DNA from: an uncultured virus (IMG/VR IMGVR_UViG_3300010885_064105)
Taxonomy: Duplodnaviria; Heunggongvirae; Uroviricota; Caudoviricetes
DNA length: 60,362 bases
Reading direction: 5' to 3' (one strand)
Virus record (IMG/VR): IMGVR_UViG_3300010885_064105
Coordinates: 62,001 to 122,362 of that record
Made by a program: the position numbers and the translations under genes. The notes under the pieces are model-generated. The model made no database searches and was not told the DNA's origin. It worked only from the letters and a program-made list of their open reading frames with translations. The stretch's first letter is position 1; each line of letters starts with the position of its first letter. Positions 45,701-52,487 of the stretch are shown piece by piece.

Positions 45701-46088
45701 CATATAAACCAGAGTCTGCTATTATTCCAGTTAAATTACTATTATTACTAACACCATTTAAAATATCTTGTATACTATAATTAGAGCTAGTTAATTTATT
45801 TCCATCATAATAAATTACTGATCCACTACTAAAAACGGAATTATTAGTTCCGCCACTATTTATAGGTAATATATCAAATATGATACCATCTTTACCGGGA
45901 TCGCCCTTTGGACCAACTGCGCCAATATTTCCTTGTAATCCTCTTTCAATAGATACTAAATTAATCTTATTATTTCGAGTATCTGATATGACTACATTGG
46001 TAGTCATTAGACTTTCTGAGTCCTTTTGTTGTGTTACTATTAAATATTTAAGAGGCTGTATATTTTCTTCTACTCTAACAATACTCAT
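33708..46088 (-). CDS. Giant fibre/adhesin-like virion protein (4126 aa)
   Basis: Short collagen; fibre motifs (PIxxGGT, GTYSKVTTDIKGRI, LDADLLDG, DQTISGNKTF); YadA-like head repeats (NSLAVG/NSIAL/NSIAAG); cadherin/He_PIG-like Ig domains (IPDQ...LPTWLIFN...TFSGIP). Confidence 0.8.
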   Translation of the reverse strand: MSIVRVEENIQPLKYLIVTQQKDSESLMTTNVVISDTRNNKINLVSIERGLQGNIGAVGPKGDPGKDGIIFDILPINSGGTNNSVFSSGSVIYYDGNKLTSSNYSIQDILNGVSNNSNLTGIIADSGLYVNLDNNNAKIGINTGAGLTIDDQNTLIIDDTIVRKVELNLGSIDGIVPIDKGGTNNQLFNTNRLLYFDGFKISSFPLATGRILLSGTTIDIVAGSGLIGGGLTSLPSGSVVLNIGGSSDILVETNSISLSSTGIPGTYSKVTTDIKGRIVSGSNLTETDIVNILTYTPWHAGNDGIDSGLDADLLDGQQGSYYLDLANSTGILNTNSLPVQSTPGLYSKVQVNDKGIVINGQDINYGDIVNSLGYRPVSSTGDIIYGPLDVNGSVNLNGDELTINDNLPLLATNSPYILPSEPRGFSFMYGGMTKQTGILAYYPAERELRLITNIGATGLIDAGSGNNFNNEVDGGNANSIYVVGNITGDMNIVLLRSVADSLYVSSFSDQTISGNKTFAQPLTVRGQLTIIPQSYPPFNVGSNTGMVENLNVDLLHGKNLDYYNNAFNMTGLFDYEKVEFNNLEGTVGFIPKFDNRTNNPSRTISDSAIQQTGQIVKVTNNFNFSVGQDNTGLYSANRSTLIGSNNKILGNNSLAVGSYNLVSGNNSIALNSQSQSLADNSIAAGNYGYTWSSNQLSLGSFREFDNNGLSIAQGQYSTIALGISGVNTDGSWTNMSPIINIPKNKTLAYTLELLMNKAAGTGAALFKFESGIIKNSTFRNPENPSFITNITSVLKDHKKNEIYNDSQKRRYYYHFRLDNNNFIQNLDVTDPNIKSPTLKAYNTQTLYKYIPQYITCDGTYKKTHDGSLELNISKPINYGWFYQNSGNPEITIKSYFHGMVSGSIAKVSFLSATEHNPSSRSYEVNQIIDNTNFTIKETSWTGRLTNNEIILDPKILSDIDFKNKIQINTGYIYTNSPDIYNIPQDIINILHTGMYIKYNPYGAEYSHIAPQTGKIITKTNSSITLDSPFTGLTLFGQSINTLASLELISYTKHVFDSSRIIHINISGYGQQSVTIISGAYPSTYCNLPTYSMKVTGLPNNIFIDNICSITPASNNSGTVSLVSHKNISGTYSRDQTRYHRYDGIYIREPSTNGNSRISIYNKNLEPVETPSVPFSYDFICGYGDDDNNLFEIYKSGLYSYLKFKNTGIDISYDLQENSCYFLASRNIGSGTGYIFYPSQEVNSDVSRLPSGINPDITYFPINIEEINSNLYSFNFSESSGGPPVSLMCDENSNLAYTIFPRVRDIYHKDSYKIRIKTSDMSGRNYEKYFTIDIDPIEKRNHVRNYIPDQNAIINELFEFTIPNNTFPAETSIYSIGLSDGRPLPTWLIFNTGIQTFSGIPLMQNSGTLNILVKSTGENLLISDNFNLKITDNSISSLNYITDPIQSFNINNINLSNISVPKNTSYDTNVGKLSTDGGYNPYIIFQTASNNFIGRSHSGSNTLTECSSTSYSYPTITISGNINYLLNQDIIVSGIGSQSNKTVTGILSPVNFSATISYNSNFLLFNEPSINYTNIVFSGNQIFSDMPEWDDNYYATKVTSTGIFLNRNFINMSSSSTGLICFTSGYNLLLDTNIIFSDNILGIFNTPINNSGSYYINGLKSFTSNYLSSERCPIILSKNNNIKGFDTETNEYINITGHYSTGLVSFYTDAGYSSISINSPEDLNFENNEDSIYLNFLSTNNGIKPKNQWYPIISDLGVKQFKIDNGYFFPNIQPDSAGSVLINVEKNHEYKILDNIIINQIPVKFLNTIENNANRQPKNNLFDIIDIKGNSIYVKDDKNYLLKENNRPDYFEQAINASYTTNGFGFNSTFIHNDYKIYDLDYGGSAIWPSEKIIDINSFLGSSSRSFVPNSKLLNFTQGFYFDGTIPRSGNHIAYNGSFPSTVYSGYVMSVFASGSFWPATGIAVNYNEYNYAPLNISYMDSPAFSYEGSGTINNPYFISSNGLLHNFNIASINLLCLGYDYQEINLSGQFSSVSGEILGIVKLNNDNTTTTLFSSNTSSSINVTVTGFPKEIITITSIKTSGDRVLSSLSLNAYSVFNSINIGKRLELLNSINTINSDYTDARFYFKPIITLDQKICLENQEHRKLNNRVFFNGNKLTINNLSTPRSYVNTNDQIKLLTLNNSSNFSESEVSRYAKITSTLDNNTLISGIPVNGLKIQPNSFYPYCFGIKADQELPSSGNLSYIGAVSGLCSIPYYNNLYHHTYGGYTANWPKDPYGKTVVSPLTGVFSIQGNYSQCSSGTMCLNIKGFSTTNFDSIPDLTNRSLIGKQPSSIDTDFVDGYVRPWGISNKKYYFDFSDGAPELNGSYYINDKVDSYNITINIPYNSSYIGRSGLVYIIDSEYNIKSNLNPNIDNSFLVSESNASVTTDSLPSLSVNLIDSKINSFNLMSKRWKHLVHFNNPTSIAYSGYNISFDSSQQTVSQLLYLNPDKINILDIEYSMNYGLSYLKLNDNIINIKTTDEGPIYLKIKTKDGSQKWSQPLLSSAPKINIYGLSSYFIDTNTISYDSYNKIWTINIIIDDIQTYIKENREFVVTISDETGSIDKNFLLNVFKVPIINIPKTIYSYVNSPIPWSVNYDIKDLPDPALIVMSNYPGPSFSINNEIFDNSNGTKNLYGYAGSVTGTFNTVLTVKDYVTGEDLASQTGMIKILPMNEIKPEYSLDPIGLSDNIYLNVDNDNNSSSFAFYIDAINQSKTNIRVNLNGDEGYSRNINIEHNSFYNRFKITVNLVGLEGYYPNKSISISLSQPSPNNDEEEWIEYSFTRLLNITLYKNLSIDRYTMPQPLSFDKQDTWFLQFYVLGGIYADRQDLHPSVKLSNLPNNGSYQTQPLEYNIDYEYDNIGKRWKIIATGRSDSFARMVENLGIKNIKIFVEDSINTVSDNVNLTFTQNKYLTNLQSITYSIPNESYQTVFDIKQASMNEDIIINIPPSLKNNDISLSLINKKYDNNLSLYELSYYGAPIYSKWDANISFNNINNSLTDNQISSLIVQCKGISDDKIYAIGKLNLIELDSFTLPGLPIMITGVNKPYYMANEGSPWRITFKTLYGLENPNFPPTILLSGLPTVCSGYYPQRPLELQNGCLESRVWNPSDKSWNFSFTGFPLCGIEGLKSFSISAIDTDTIQNISFGYDTINGYIKYKSLNEGGFDHPGPQIITVGTASETNQLSPLCNSPISLSYRFGTTGRELCSIPTGITGWTVVSTGSYNLLPSGLSYTITFPGGNPKRPWSNLGSGLLTIQGNPRTFANGGEYNEKLILTVYDARGKSAQKIIKFMDISAPNPPSPVELPVYFDSEKPIYTPRRDARTLNDRPELGSAPIGYRSYPNIEYVYWPPAANYALQCDTILPHNQCPITSFSYSGGDFQSFDFRVFINPLGNNINTAKPVYIEFDNNPSNSFNGKYNLSYQNSQYFITINPNGLSTLSTGVGRLVQERTTNFGTSDLQKFIGNVDITTTNSLLGCGSFLSKSILNEGGYGLFGRMYPSVKVQIPSGVPYSAQNNNSPPLLGMNILRLNNNYVQDTDNNIYTIKTSDCWQTGYLRISGIMLPAPIVELTDPAPASEAYFAYNGQQYYVGSRCVYGNNQDERNLLANKRDVNINYRLKNIISNSVYANSFVTSNQAISFNHTESTGTVFSLFINNNPSVFPTYDVGAIRYAENEYFWIHKAGTKNETITQNSFPPVVIGGIQNIYCVSGQSISGYNGVAVGGYVPFNENWSTQQYAPFISGLIQRRVSNARNIVYSHSGSSNINYQYIKSELSDNPYNISVGDAISISFSNTDIPTQNITLTSGNIIDNTLLIPYSRPGSQQIINGIATFSFLSSITGITSDTIAIKHKNLPLSTGDSVDIVSGSTSTLNNIYPLNGLMTVAEYDSTSAIISYSGSDSTFSNNLVINSNIDIYKNYHNQINISSLNFSKEGYWTFNLSGIPTGLYKDYRYKIVTCENTGLPVFQGTDLSPKKYSSVYNLYINKPIKILLTNNYSIPNNNGSWTLTFSVDGGNRPIQNYTPEVMVNNQICNFSRALDPMFMKDSYDEINDRWNITIASNNNYNWRYDTSFELKLFDDTGFDTKTIIFNNG

Positions 46089-46528
46089 GTGTTACATGTT
46101 CCACAGTCATTTTGAATATTAGTATCGCAAATGAAAGCGTCGCTTCCTGGTACATTCCTTGACACCAGCGATACTGATCCTTGTAAAATTCTAAAAACTT
46201 TCTTACCTCCACCAGAATATAAATCATTTGGTTCTTGAAGCTCAAAATCATAACGAGCAGTACCAAAAGAATAAGAAGCAGTAACAGAAGCTGGTATTCT
46301 TAATATTATTTTTCCTAGTTTTGGGTCTATCACAAATGAATAATCACTGGTTTGAGTATTTGTGATGAAGGTTCTGATAATAGGGTTATTTGTCTGATCC
46401 TCTATCCATCGTATTCTAGCACACCAGTTAGTAATATCAATAGGTATTTGAGCATCATCTTTATATTCAAAAGCGATAACAAATGCCGTTCCTTTTTCTA
46501 TACTAAAATTATATTCAGCAGCTGGCAT
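46085..46528 (-). CDS. Fibre-attachment / BppU-N-like Ig-fold structural protein
   Basis: YNFSIEKGT.F...Y.D....PIDIT.W.AR...G.IIL.IPA..TA......YDFEL...RILQG pattern of phage adaptor domains. Confidence 0.6.
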   Translation of the reverse strand: MPAAEYNFSIEKGTAFVIAFEYKDDAQIPIDITNWCARIRWIEDQTNNPIIRTFITNTQTSDYSFVIDPKLGKIILRIPASVTASYSFGTARYDFELQEPNDLYSGGGKKVFRILQGSVSLVSRNVPGSDAFICDTNIQNDCGTCNT

Positions 46529-46543
46529 AAAAACCTTCCTTTG

Positions 46544-47059
46544 TCATGAATAAAAATATCTTGAGCGATAGTCGTGATTTTGTAAATAGCGAGGATTAAA
46601 TTTATTCCCAACAAAAGGACCAAGAATAGCAGCAATAGCACTAGCATCTTTAACATTCCAATTGGCTACCAAATCGCCATATACTGCACAAGGACCGCTC
46701 TCTAAAATGGTTCTCCAGGCAGCTGTTTGCCCAGCAACTTGTAAATTAGCTGGACCTAGCGCAGCTTTTATTCCTTCAGTAGCGGCTTTTGTTCTATATG
46801 TACTTTGATCTATTATGCAAGCGGACTTTAATGAGACCAAGCTAATAAAAATATCATCTTTATTTTCTGTTGGGTCGGGTGTAATATTTGGACTTACAAC
46901 ATCCACAGAATATTGATTATCTAATGTTACATCAATCTGAACGTATTTAGCTGCTACTGTTATAGCTTGAATTAGTCTGTCGTCGCTATAAACCGGCTGA
47001 TCTGACCAATCATTGACCAGAGTACGTACAATAATTGGTATTTCTGTTTGCCAACTCAT
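46544..47059 (-). CDS. Putative head-tail adaptor
   Basis: IVRTLVND...YSDDRL N-terminus typical of helical adaptor proteins; 171 aa. Confidence 0.55.
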   Translation of the reverse strand: MSWQTEIPIIVRTLVNDWSDQPVYSDDRLIQAITVAAKYVQIDVTLDNQYSVDVVSPNITPDPTENKDDIFISLVSLKSACIIDQSTYRTKAATEGIKAALGPANLQVAGQTAAWRTILESGPCAVYGDLVANWNVKDASAIAAILGPFVGNKFNPRYLQNHDYRSRYFYS

Positions 47060-47093
47060 ATTTTGATCCTTTTATGTAAGAGATTATATTATA

Positions 47094-47118
47094 ATACACC
47101 TTATAGGTATTGGTGTAT
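47094..47118. promoter_or_regulatory. Back-to-back GGTGTAT motifs in a divergent intergenic region
   Basis: ATACACC (47094-47100), 11 nt, GGTGTAT (47112-47118); each copy faces one of the two divergent genes. Confidence 0.55.
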
Positions 47119-47214
47119 GATTTTAAATTAAATGGCCAATAATAAATTCTCTGTGGACAGGTCTCTTTCTATTCTTATTATATTCCATAAACCAAATAAG
47201 CGAATAGGAAAAAC

Positions 47215-47754
47215 ATGCCCATAGAATTGTCTCTCAAACAAATTTGCTCAATTTATGCTACCGATAAAAATTGTCTTCATTGTTATGTGGATGAAATTTA
47301 TGAAGAATTATTTAAAGAATTTCGATACTCAGCCAATAAGGTTCTAGAAATTGGGGCCTATAATGGTGCTAGTATAATGATGTGGAAAGATTATTTTACT
47401 AAAGCTGAAATTTTTACTATAGATAATGTGCCATGTCATCAAATAACTGGACGAGAACGAATTCATTCTTTTCTTGGAGATGCCTATAGCTATGAGGCTC
47501 TAAAAGATTTACCAAATGATTTTGATATTATAATTGAGGATGGATCTCATAAAATTGAGGATATGAGTTTTGTGGTTGTTGAATATGTTAAAAAACTGAA
47601 ACCAAATGGAATATTAATAATAGAAGATATTCCAGATTTTAACTGGACCAATATTTTAAAGAATCTAATACCAGACAATTATAAGGTTGAGATAAAAGAT
47701 CTTAGAAGAGTTCGTGGTCGTTATGACGATATTGCTATGATTATTAGGTCTTAG
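47215..47754 (+). CDS. Class I SAM-dependent methyltransferase (sugar O-methyltransferase-like)
   Basis: TDK...H.Y...YE, VLEIG...GAS..MW, FDIIIEDGSH, LKPNGILIIED; AGGA SD; the only credible plus-strand gene. Confidence 0.85.
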   Translation: MPIELSLKQICSIYATDKNCLHCYVDEIYEELFKEFRYSANKVLEIGAYNGASIMMWKDYFTKAEIFTIDNVPCHQITGRERIHSFLGDAYSYEALKDLPNDFDIIIEDGSHKIEDMSFVVVEYVKKLKPNGILIIEDIPDFNWTNILKNLIPDNYKVEIKDLRRVRGRYDDIAMIIRS

Positions 47755-48187
47755 GATACTTGGCTTTAACCGAGGCTATTTTAAGTTGCATATCTAAAAA
47801 GGCTTGTGAAGTCATGCCCTTCCACATAGCATCTAGTTGATCTCCTAATGATGGATATTCATTCCTTCGTAAAGCATAATAGTCAGGAATAGATGGTTTG
47901 ACTATTTCTTCTTTACTAATAGGAACTTCCATAGACTCTCCGGTCATAGGATCAGGAATAGTTCTTGTTTTTGGTTCTAGCTCTGTCCAAGCTAATTCTT
48001 TCTGGTTGATGTCGTTAAGAATAGATTGTTGAGCAGACTGAAGGAATGTGTCTATATTCTCTATATTATTGGGAATAAATATTTGCCAATTATAAGTGGT
48101 CTCGTTGTGTTTAACTTCTATATAGGCTAGGGCCCTATTTTCATCTGGTAAGTTAGATGCTAATCCTACTAAATTAATACTAGACAT
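47744..48187 (-). CDS. Fibre-associated / assembly protein
   Basis: C-terminal YYALRRNEYPSLGDQLDAMW...VKAKYPK motif common next to phage fibre genes. Likely start is MSSINL at 48187 (GGAG SD) rather than 48229. Confidence 0.65.
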   Translation of the reverse strand: MSSINLVGLASNLPDENRALAYIEVKHNETTYNWQIFIPNNIENIDTFLQSAQQSILNDINQKELAWTELEPKTRTIPDPMTGESMEVPISKEEIVKPSIPDYYALRRNEYPSLGDQLDAMWKGMTSQAFLDMQLKIASVKAKYPKT

Positions 48188-49013
48188 TTTCTGTCTCCTT
48201 ATGATTGGAACCCTTTGGTAGTCTTTCATGCCATCTCTTATCCAAGTAAGAGCGATCAGCTTCTGTTAATACTCCATTTACTGGAATATTAGTATGATAG
48301 TTTGTGAGGTCAACGTCTGGGTGGGCAGTATATTTTCCACTAGCTAAGTCGATATGTAAACATTGAACATTTGTATCTACTAGTATTGGAGTTCCCCTCC
48401 TATGAATTCGATGCATAAAGAAATTATCTTCTCCAATAAAAGGAATATCTTCGGCAACCCCGTTAGCAATACAACAGAATGGAAGCTCCGGCTCTTCCTC
48501 TTTCATCTGCTTCAAAATCTCAACAGGAATAAGCATAGCATCCATACCACACATGTGAGCCTTGAGCAATTGTCCTGGATCAACATTAGGAACAATTATC
48601 CAATTTTTTTCTTTGGTCATAATCATAGCATCACCAAGTTTAATATAATAAACTCCAACTACTATTGAACCTGGATTTTCTTCTGCTGTTTTATGGAGTG
48701 TCTTAAATGCATGATATGGAACTACCGTATCTTCTCCTATAAAAAACATATATTTAGCATTGCTCTCTAATACTTGCTCTATTAAATAGTTTCGAGCAAC
48801 GTCCACCTTTTCTCCATAGACATCACAAAAGCCATGGGAAAATCCATGAAGATCAACATGCTCTTCGCCCAAGCCTTGGCGACCATTAAATTTCTGTGCT
48901 GGCTCTTCATTCTCGCATCGTCGTGGTTGAGCAATAACTACGTAAGGGGCAATATTTTTAGAGGTTTCCACAATATCTCTAAGAGTTTCCATTATCTTAT
49001 CTTTACTATACAT
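48180..49013 (-). CDS. GT-A fold (GT2-like) glycosyltransferase
   Basis: VDVARNYLI...YMFFIGEDT...GMDAMLI...GEDNFF...VDTNVQCLH; the DxD position reads GED. Confidence 0.7.
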   Translation of the reverse strand: MYSKDKIMETLRDIVETSKNIAPYVVIAQPRRCENEEPAQKFNGRQGLGEEHVDLHGFSHGFCDVYGEKVDVARNYLIEQVLESNAKYMFFIGEDTVVPYHAFKTLHKTAEENPGSIVVGVYYIKLGDAMIMTKEKNWIIVPNVDPGQLLKAHMCGMDAMLIPVEILKQMKEEEPELPFCCIANGVAEDIPFIGEDNFFMHRIHRRGTPILVDTNVQCLHIDLASGKYTAHPDVDLTNYHTNIPVNGVLTEADRSYLDKRWHERLPKGSNHKETENV

Positions 49014-49084
49014 AATCTTAAGTTTCCTGATGAATAATAAATTCCTATTGATATATAATACAAGCTATCTTCGATTTAGGCAAG

Positions 49085-50215
49085 TTAAAATTTGTTGAAA
49101 AAAGGGCTTAGGGCAATATTTTTAAAATCAAAACCGGATAGTGTGGATATCTTTTGCCCTCTGTTTGCAGTGTATGGCACAAAATGAATGTCTCCGTTGG
49201 GTGCCAAGACTCCGCCCCAATATGCACTACTAGCAGTATAACCTAAACTATAAGTGCTTACCACTCCGCTACTACTTATTTTTTGTCCTCTGTTTGCACC
49301 GTATGGCACAAAATGAATATCTCCGTTGGGAGCTAAAACTCCGCCAGCATATGCACTACTAGCAGTATAAACTAAACTATAAGTGCTAACAACTCCATTA
49401 ATATCTATTTTTTGTCCTCTGTTTGCACCGTATGGCACAAAATGAATATCTCCGTTGGGGGCTAAAACTCCGCCAACATATGCACTACTAGCAGTATAAA
49501 CTAGACTATAAGTAATAACTACTCCGCTACTACTTATTTTTTGTCCTCTGTTTGCACTGGTTGGCACAAAATGAATGTCTCCATTGGGAGCTAAAACACC
49601 GCCCCAATATGCACCACTAACAGAGGTATAAACTAAACTATAAGTGCTTACCACTCCGCTACTACTTATTTTTTGTCCTCTGTCTGCAACGTATGGCACA
49701 AAATGAATGTCTCCATTGGGAGCTAAAACTCCGCCAGCATATGCACTACTAGCAGTATAAACTAAACTATAAGTGCTTACCACTCCGCTACTACTTATTT
49801 TTTGTCCTCTGTTTGCAACGTATGGCACAAAATGAATATCTCCGTTGGGAGCTAAAACTCCGCCAACATATGGACTACTAGCAGTAGCAGTATAAACTAA
49901 ACTATAAGTGCTTACCACTCCGCTACTATCTATTTTCTGTCCTCTGTTTGCAGAGTTTGGCACAAAATGAATGTCGCCATTGGGGGCTAAAACTCCGCCA
50001 ACATATGCACCAACAGTATAAACTAAACTATAAGTGCTCACAATGGTATTATTAAAAACTTGACTACCAGTAGTTGATTCGTCAAGTATCACTTTCATCT
50101 TGTTCCACGCCACAAGACCAGTATCAATAGAGCTATTGTCGCTAGATGGAACTGTTCCATTAACAAGACTTTGAACTTCTGAAATGAATGATGGTGAATT
50201 TAATCTTGTGCTCAT
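49085..50215 (-). CDS. 7-bladed beta-propeller repeat protein, paralog C
   Basis: Seven ~43-aa repeats YxGGVLAPNGDIHFVPxxANRGQKIxSSGVVSTYSLVYT, nearly identical at DNA level. Confidence 0.85.
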   Translation of the reverse strand: MSTRLNSPSFISEVQSLVNGTVPSSDNSSIDTGLVAWNKMKVILDESTTGSQVFNNTIVSTYSLVYTVGAYVGGVLAPNGDIHFVPNSANRGQKIDSSGVVSTYSLVYTATASSPYVGGVLAPNGDIHFVPYVANRGQKISSSGVVSTYSLVYTASSAYAGGVLAPNGDIHFVPYVADRGQKISSSGVVSTYSLVYTSVSGAYWGGVLAPNGDIHFVPTSANRGQKISSSGVVITYSLVYTASSAYVGGVLAPNGDIHFVPYGANRGQKIDINGVVSTYSLVYTASSAYAGGVLAPNGDIHFVPYGANRGQKISSSGVVSTYSLGYTASSAYWGGVLAPNGDIHFVPYTANRGQKISTLSGFDFKNIALSPFFNKF

Positions 50216-50216
50216 A

Positions 50217-51344
50217 TTAGAACTTATTTAAAAAGGGTGAACAACAAACTCCAATATTTAATGGTTTGGCTGGAAGGGTGGAGATTTTTTGACCAACAGC
50301 AGCTTGAAATAGAATAAAATGAATGTCTCCGTTAGAGGATAGGACTCCTCCTTGATATGGTAAGCCGGTATAAATTAAACTATAAGTACTTACTACTCCA
50401 CTAGTGTTAATTTTTTGTCCTACTCTTGCGGAAGATGGCACGAAATGAATATCTCCGTTATGAGTTAAAACCCCGCCAGAGTAAGAACCGCCGGTATAAA
50501 CTAAACTATAAGTGCTAACAACTCCTGATAAGCTAATTTTTTGTCCCACAGCCCCAATATTGGGAACAAAATGAATGTCTCCATTGGTAGCAAGCACTCC
50601 TCCTTGATATGCTCCGCTTGGGTTTGTATAAATTAAACTATATGTACTAACAGTTCCAGAGCTACTTACTTTTTGTCCTCTGTTTGCGCTGTATGGTACG
50701 AAGTGTATATCTCCGTTTGGAGCCAATACCCCTCCAATATAAGCACTTGCTGTTGTATAAATTAAACTATATGTACTTACAACTCCAGAGCTACTGATTT
50801 TTTGCCCTCTGTCTGCTGACCTAGGAATTAAATATATATCTCCATTGGAAGCAAGAACACCTCCTGCATATGATAAAGCTGAGGTGTAAATTAAACTATA
50901 AGTGCTAACAACTCCGTTTATATCAATTTTCTGTCCTCTGTCGGCGCTTTGCGCAATAAAATGAATATCTCCATTCGATGCCAAAACACCACCATAGTAA
51001 GCACCACCAGTATAAACTAAACTATAAGTACTAACCACTCCGCTACTATTTATTTTTTGCCCTCTGTCTGCAGACCTTGGCACAAAATGTATATCTCCAT
51101 TTGGTGCTAAAACTCCACCATTATATACTCCACCTCCAGCTCCTGTATAAACCAAACTATAAGTGCTAACTATTCCTTGACTAAATGCTGTTCCATTATT
51201 CTGAGATTTTTCCAACAGTGTTTTAAATTGATTCCAAGCAACCAAATCACTGCTAATACTACTGTTATCACAATTAGGAATAGCTCCCCTTACTTTGTTT
51301 TTAACTTCGGTCTGCCATGTTGGTGATATGTCGTATATTGCCAT
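50217..51344 (-). CDS. 7-bladed beta-propeller repeat protein, paralog B
   Basis: Same repeat x7; C-terminus CCSPFLNKF. Confidence 0.85.
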   Translation of the reverse strand: MAIYDISPTWQTEVKNKVRGAIPNCDNSSISSDLVAWNQFKTLLEKSQNNGTAFSQGIVSTYSLVYTGAGGGVYNGGVLAPNGDIHFVPRSADRGQKINSSGVVSTYSLVYTGGAYYGGVLASNGDIHFIAQSADRGQKIDINGVVSTYSLIYTSALSYAGGVLASNGDIYLIPRSADRGQKISSSGVVSTYSLIYTTASAYIGGVLAPNGDIHFVPYSANRGQKVSSSGTVSTYSLIYTNPSGAYQGGVLATNGDIHFVPNIGAVGQKISLSGVVSTYSLVYTGGSYSGGVLTHNGDIHFVPSSARVGQKINTSGVVSTYSLIYTGLPYQGGVLSSNGDIHFILFQAAVGQKISTLPAKPLNIGVCCSPFLNKF

Positions 51345-51347
51345 GAT

Positions 51348-52484
51348 TTAAGATTTGTTTAAGAAAGGTGAACAACAAGTGCCAATGTCAAAAGGAAGAG
51401 CGGCTGTGGTGGATATTTTTTGACCAACAGCACCATTTAATGAAAAGAAATTAATATCAGCGTTTGTAGATAAAACACCACCAGAGTACCCACCAGTTGA
51501 CAATGTATAAATTAGACTATATGTACTTACTACACCTGTAGAGCTTATTTTTTGACCTCTATTGGCAAATCTAGGTATAAAATAAATATCTCCATTTGGC
51601 GATAAAACACCTCCAGAATATGCAAATGTGGTCGTATAAATCAAACTATATGTGCTTACCGCTCCATTTGTATTTATTTTTTGTCCTACAGTCGCAGAAT
51701 ATGGAACGAAATTAATATTTCCATTGCTATCTAAAACACCACCATTATATCCGTTAGTAACAGAATATACTAAACTATATGTGCTTACAACTCCGCTACT
51801 ACTGATTTTTTGTCCTACGCTCGCTGCAAAAGGGACAAAATATATGTCTCCGTTGGGAGCCAAAACCCCTCCATTATAAGCATTAGTTACGGTATAAATT
51901 AAACTATATGTACTAATAACATTACTACTATTTATCTTTTGTCCTACAGTAGCATTAAAAGGTATAAAATGAATATCACCATTAGCTCCAACAACACCTC
52001 CTGTGTACGCTCCTATAGAGGTTGTGTAAATCAAGCTGTATGTGCTTACCACTCCATTTTTATCTATTTTTTGTCCTCTATTAGCAAAATATGGAACAAA
52101 ATGAACTTCTCCAGCAGAAGATAAAACTCCTCCTGAGTAAGCTGTTCCTGCGGTATAAACTAAACTATATGTGCTTACCGCTCCATTTTTATCTATTTTT
52201 TGTCCTCTATTAGCACTACAAGGCACAAAATTAATATCCCCATTAGGAGCAAGTACTCCACCGATATAAGCTGTTCCTGCGGTATAAATTAAGTTGTAGG
52301 TACTTACTATAGGATTGCTAAAAATACTACCAGCAGTAACGCTTTTGTTCAAAAGACTTTTGAAGTTATTCCAAGAATTTAAAAAAGAATCTATGCTGCC
52401 ATCGTCACCAGAGGGTAAAAAACCATTGGCTGCTTTTTGAACATTTTCTGCAAATTTTGAAGATATAATATTTACATCTGGCAT
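51348..52484 (-). CDS. 7-bladed beta-propeller repeat protein, paralog A
   Basis: Same repeat x7; C-terminus CCSPFLNKS. Confidence 0.85.
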   Translation of the reverse strand: MPDVNIISSKFAENVQKAANGFLPSGDDGSIDSFLNSWNNFKSLLNKSVTAGSIFSNPIVSTYNLIYTAGTAYIGGVLAPNGDINFVPCSANRGQKIDKNGAVSTYSLVYTAGTAYSGGVLSSAGEVHFVPYFANRGQKIDKNGVVSTYSLIYTTSIGAYTGGVVGANGDIHFIPFNATVGQKINSSNVISTYSLIYTVTNAYNGGVLAPNGDIYFVPFAASVGQKISSSGVVSTYSLVYSVTNGYNGGVLDSNGNINFVPYSATVGQKINTNGAVSTYSLIYTTTFAYSGGVLSPNGDIYFIPRFANRGQKISSTGVVSTYSLIYTLSTGGYSGGVLSTNADINFFSLNGAVGQKISTTAALPFDIGTCCSPFLNKS

Positions 52485-52487
52485 ATA

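Noticed and set aside
49150..52310. Regular ~129-bp repeats resembling a CRISPR array or DGR template/variable repeats
   Set aside because: The repeats are in-frame propeller blades without unique spacers. Differences are not adenine-specific, and no cas or reverse transcriptase gene is in the window.
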